Shown here: positions 35,568-37,541 of the stretch, piece after piece | How positions within the stretch are numbered: the first letter of the stretch is position 1 | Layout of the letters: every line of letters begins with the position of its first letter | DNA from: a virus | Taxonomy: Duplodnaviria; Caudoviricetes | DNA: 37,541 bases | Virus record (IMG/VR): IMGVR_UViG_3300036713_000695 | Coordinates: 1 to 37,541 of that record | Reading direction: 5' to 3' (one strand) | Made by a program: the position numbers and the translations under genes | Notes under the pieces: generated by a model | Databases searched by the model: none | Told to the model about the DNA's origin: nothing | Seen by the model: only the letters and a program-made list of their open reading frames with translations

Positions 35568-36298
35568 TATCTCTCCTTGGTTATTGCCACAATCACAGAA
35601 GCCACATTCGTCCCACTCGATTTAAACATACCGGTAGGAACCTCAGTGACCTCCGCCCCAATAGACTCCAGCCACTCCCTGAAGGCTACCTGTTTCTTCT
35701 GACTACCAAACGTCCAGCTCTTACTCGCAACACTGACCAGTTTTCCGCCGGGCTTCAGGAAGTCAAACATATGCAGGATGTGGTCGATGTCCTGGTTCTT
35801 AGTGAATGGCGGGTTGGCTACGATGCGATCGAAATAACCCAGGACGCTGGGCTTGACTGTAAGGAAGTCCGCTTCGAGTGGGAAGAACTTCAGGCGTTTC
35901 AAAACCACGTTGTTCTCTGGCATCAGTTCCACCACAGTACAACCTACCGATCTATCTCGCATTCGTATAGCCAACGCCCCTTGCCCGGCCGATGGCTCCA
36001 GCGTAATGTGGGCTTCCTGGATGTCTGCCATCTCCACCAGCATATCTGCCAAGTGATCAGGTGTGGCAAAGAACTGGAACTTCTTCTTGTCGTTGATCGC
36101 TTCGCCGCCTAACAGCCTGGCCTTTACCTCTTCGGCCGAGTCTGTGAACTCGAAGCCACACTTCTTATACTTCCCGCCGGCCGTAAGCAGACACTTCTTT
36201 ACTGCCGCATAATTGGCAAAGTGGTCATCGGCAGGCAGCTCCAGTCGGTTACCAACAGGGGTCATCTTGGAGATTGAGTCTAGTAGTTCTTGTTTCAT
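35567..36298 (-). CDS. Orphan DNA amino-methyltransferase, probably N6-adenine (243 aa)
   Basis: QFFATP (motif X), LEPSAGQG (motif I), NPPF (motif IV) and FKSSGT (motif VIII) in gamma-class order. No cognate restriction nuclease is adjacent. Confidence 0.88.
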   Translation of the reverse strand: MKQELLDSISKMTPVGNRLELPADDHFANYAAVKKCLLTAGGKYKKCGFEFTDSAEEVKARLLGGEAINDKKKFQFFATPDHLADMLVEMADIQEAHITLEPSAGQGALAIRMRDRSVGCTVVELMPENNVVLKRLKFFPLEADFLTVKPSVLGYFDRIVANPPFTKNQDIDHILHMFDFLKPGGKLVSVASKSWTFGSQKKQVAFREWLESIGAEVTEVPTGMFKSSGTNVASVIVAITKER

Positions 36299-36356
36299 TG
36301 TCGTTTTCCTTTAGTTAGGTTTGAAATTAAACTCAGTTGTTAAACCAGACCAGCTG

Positions 36357-37541
36357 TTAATCCCATCGATCAATCGTATACTGGGTAATTACACTGGTAT
36401 GTACCCGAACACGGCTGCCCATATTCTTTCCAATAACGTGCTCTTCCTCGATCTCAATAGCAGGCGTTGCCCGGGAGTGAGCTTCTATCACACTGCGGAT
36501 CCCGTGGAACTCAGACCTAAGGGTTTCTGGGAATAAACAGTTGGATCTATTTTCCTTATCTCGTGCCCCTTGCAGGATGAATGAGAAATCCTTAGGCGAA
36601 TTGCTGTAAGGCTTGTCTTCCCACATGTAGGGCATCAGGCAGAGTGCCCTGGCTTCGACCCATCCGGAATCCAAGAAGTAATCTCTCGGTTCCCGACCAC
36701 CATGGTACCGATACCAGGACACCGGGTTATCCCACTGGAAAATTAAAGGGGCCTCTGGATTCTTAGCCGTAAGAAACGTAACAAAATCCGACCGACCATA
36801 GGGTACAAATACCTCAATCCTCTTAGCCTTCGGCAACACTTCGTCCCGAAACTTCACCCAGGTAATCTTCCCTGAATCGGCTACCAGCGGCTCCTTCTTG
36901 TCCTGCTTCAGGTGCTCAAATACACCGCCAGCATTGGAAAACTTATCAGGTGTAGTAGGCCTCCAGATAGTTTGCATATCCTCCAAGGTAGCGAACCGGC
37001 GCTCCAAGGAGGGCTCCAACCCCAGAGTTTTAACCAGCTTCTCAGCTTCCAGGATAGCACCGGACTTTGGCGGAGCCTGTGGACGCTGATACTGCAATGG
37101 GTGCATCTTATCCTTGAACCTGGCCGCCGCCGTCTTGAATGACATTCCGCTACCGAGGTCCTCAAGCAAGGTGCCGATCATGCTGCTGCGCGGGTGACAG
37201 AACCCAGCGGGGGCATCGGCAGTCGCCTTCCAGATTATGTTATTCCTGTGAAGCCTATGCAGGGTTTCTTCAGTCGCTTTCTTCAGGTTGTAAAGCCACC
37301 GCGCCTGCCCCAGTACCTTCTCACTGCGGTATAGGGAGTCATTAGACAGTAGCTCAAAGACCTGCTCCAGCATCGGTAGTCTGAACTCACCCAATGCCCG
37401 GGAGACATTACGATAGTCTTCCCGCTTCTCGGCGGCGCGCTGCCCCGCCATCGGGTAGATGTCCCGGTAAGGGCGTGGGTTTGCCACCGCAAAGTGAGTC
37501 CAATCACCTGTTACCGGGGTCCCTAGTGTCCGCTTACTGGA
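36357..37541 (-). CDS. Large hypothetical protein, 5'-truncated by the window edge (>=394 aa)
   Basis: The frame stays open from 37487 to the window edge (SSKRTLGTPVTGDWTHFA), so the tracked start is probably not the real start. No function recognised. Confidence 0.8.
   Translation of the reverse strand, partial: SSKRTLGTPVTGDWTHFAVANPRPYRDIYPMAGQRAAEKREDYRNVSRALGEFRLPMLEQVFELLSNDSLYRSEKVLGQARWLYNLKKATEETLHRLHRNNIIWKATADAPAGFCHPRSSMIGTLLEDLGSGMSFKTAAARFKDKMHPLQYQRPQAPPKSGAILEAEKLVKTLGLEPSLERRFATLEDMQTIWRPTTPDKFSNAGGVFEHLKQDKKEPLVADSGKITWVKFRDEVLPKAKRIEVFVPYGRSDFVTFLTAKNPEAPLIFQWDNPVSWYRYHGGREPRDYFLDSGWVEARALCLMPYMWEDKPYSNSPKDFSFILQGARDKENRSNCLFPETLRSEFHGIRSVIEAHSRATPAIEIEEEHVIGKNMGSRVRVHTSVITQYTIDRWD

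Noticed and set aside
35567-36298. Complete restriction-modification system
   Set aside because: No adjacent endonuclease or specificity subunit was recognised; treated as an orphan MTase.
15457-37345. Plus-strand ORFs within the replication and accessory arm (e.g. 23713-24207, 30154-30720)
   Set aside because: Overlap motif-bearing or tightly tiled minus-strand genes and show no recognisable features.
1-37541. Stop-codon reassignment or tRNA genes
   Set aside because: Genes are intact under the standard code with TAA, TAG and TGA all used as stops, and no cloverleaf was seen in the spacers.

Overview
The whole window reads as part of a tailed dsDNA bacteriophage, most likely a long-tailed siphovirus with a probable proteobacterial host (inferred). 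No host housekeeping context, integrase, repressor, capsid or lysis genes are visible. Two densely coded arms converge at 15427/15429. The + arm (1-15427) is the distal tail module: the end of a probable tail-assembly chaperone, a 2272-aa tape measure protein, a YuA/D3112-type tail-tip cassette, and a 1185-aa central tail-tip protein with two LamG-like lectin domains. The - arm (15429-37541) is a replication/recombination module: SbcC/SbcD, a resolvase-like nuclease, a Dda-like helicase, a three-domain family A DNA polymerase, a putative SSB, an SNF2-like helicase and an AEP primase-helicase fusion. Upstream of that module lies an accessory region of small genes including Nmad5, DUF3310, ThyX and an adenine methyltransferase. 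The most striking unexplained structure is an exact 22-bp direct repeat (stop + Shine-Dalgarno + start) in three copies that brackets two complete small genes like cassettes (33543-34059). Also notable are a ~160-aa insertion at the polymerase thumb tip, a PriL-like four-Cys cluster in the primase, lectin domains apparently nested inside the last domain of the tail-tip protein, and several structured intergenic spacers. All family assignments come from motif recognition by eye; no searches were run.
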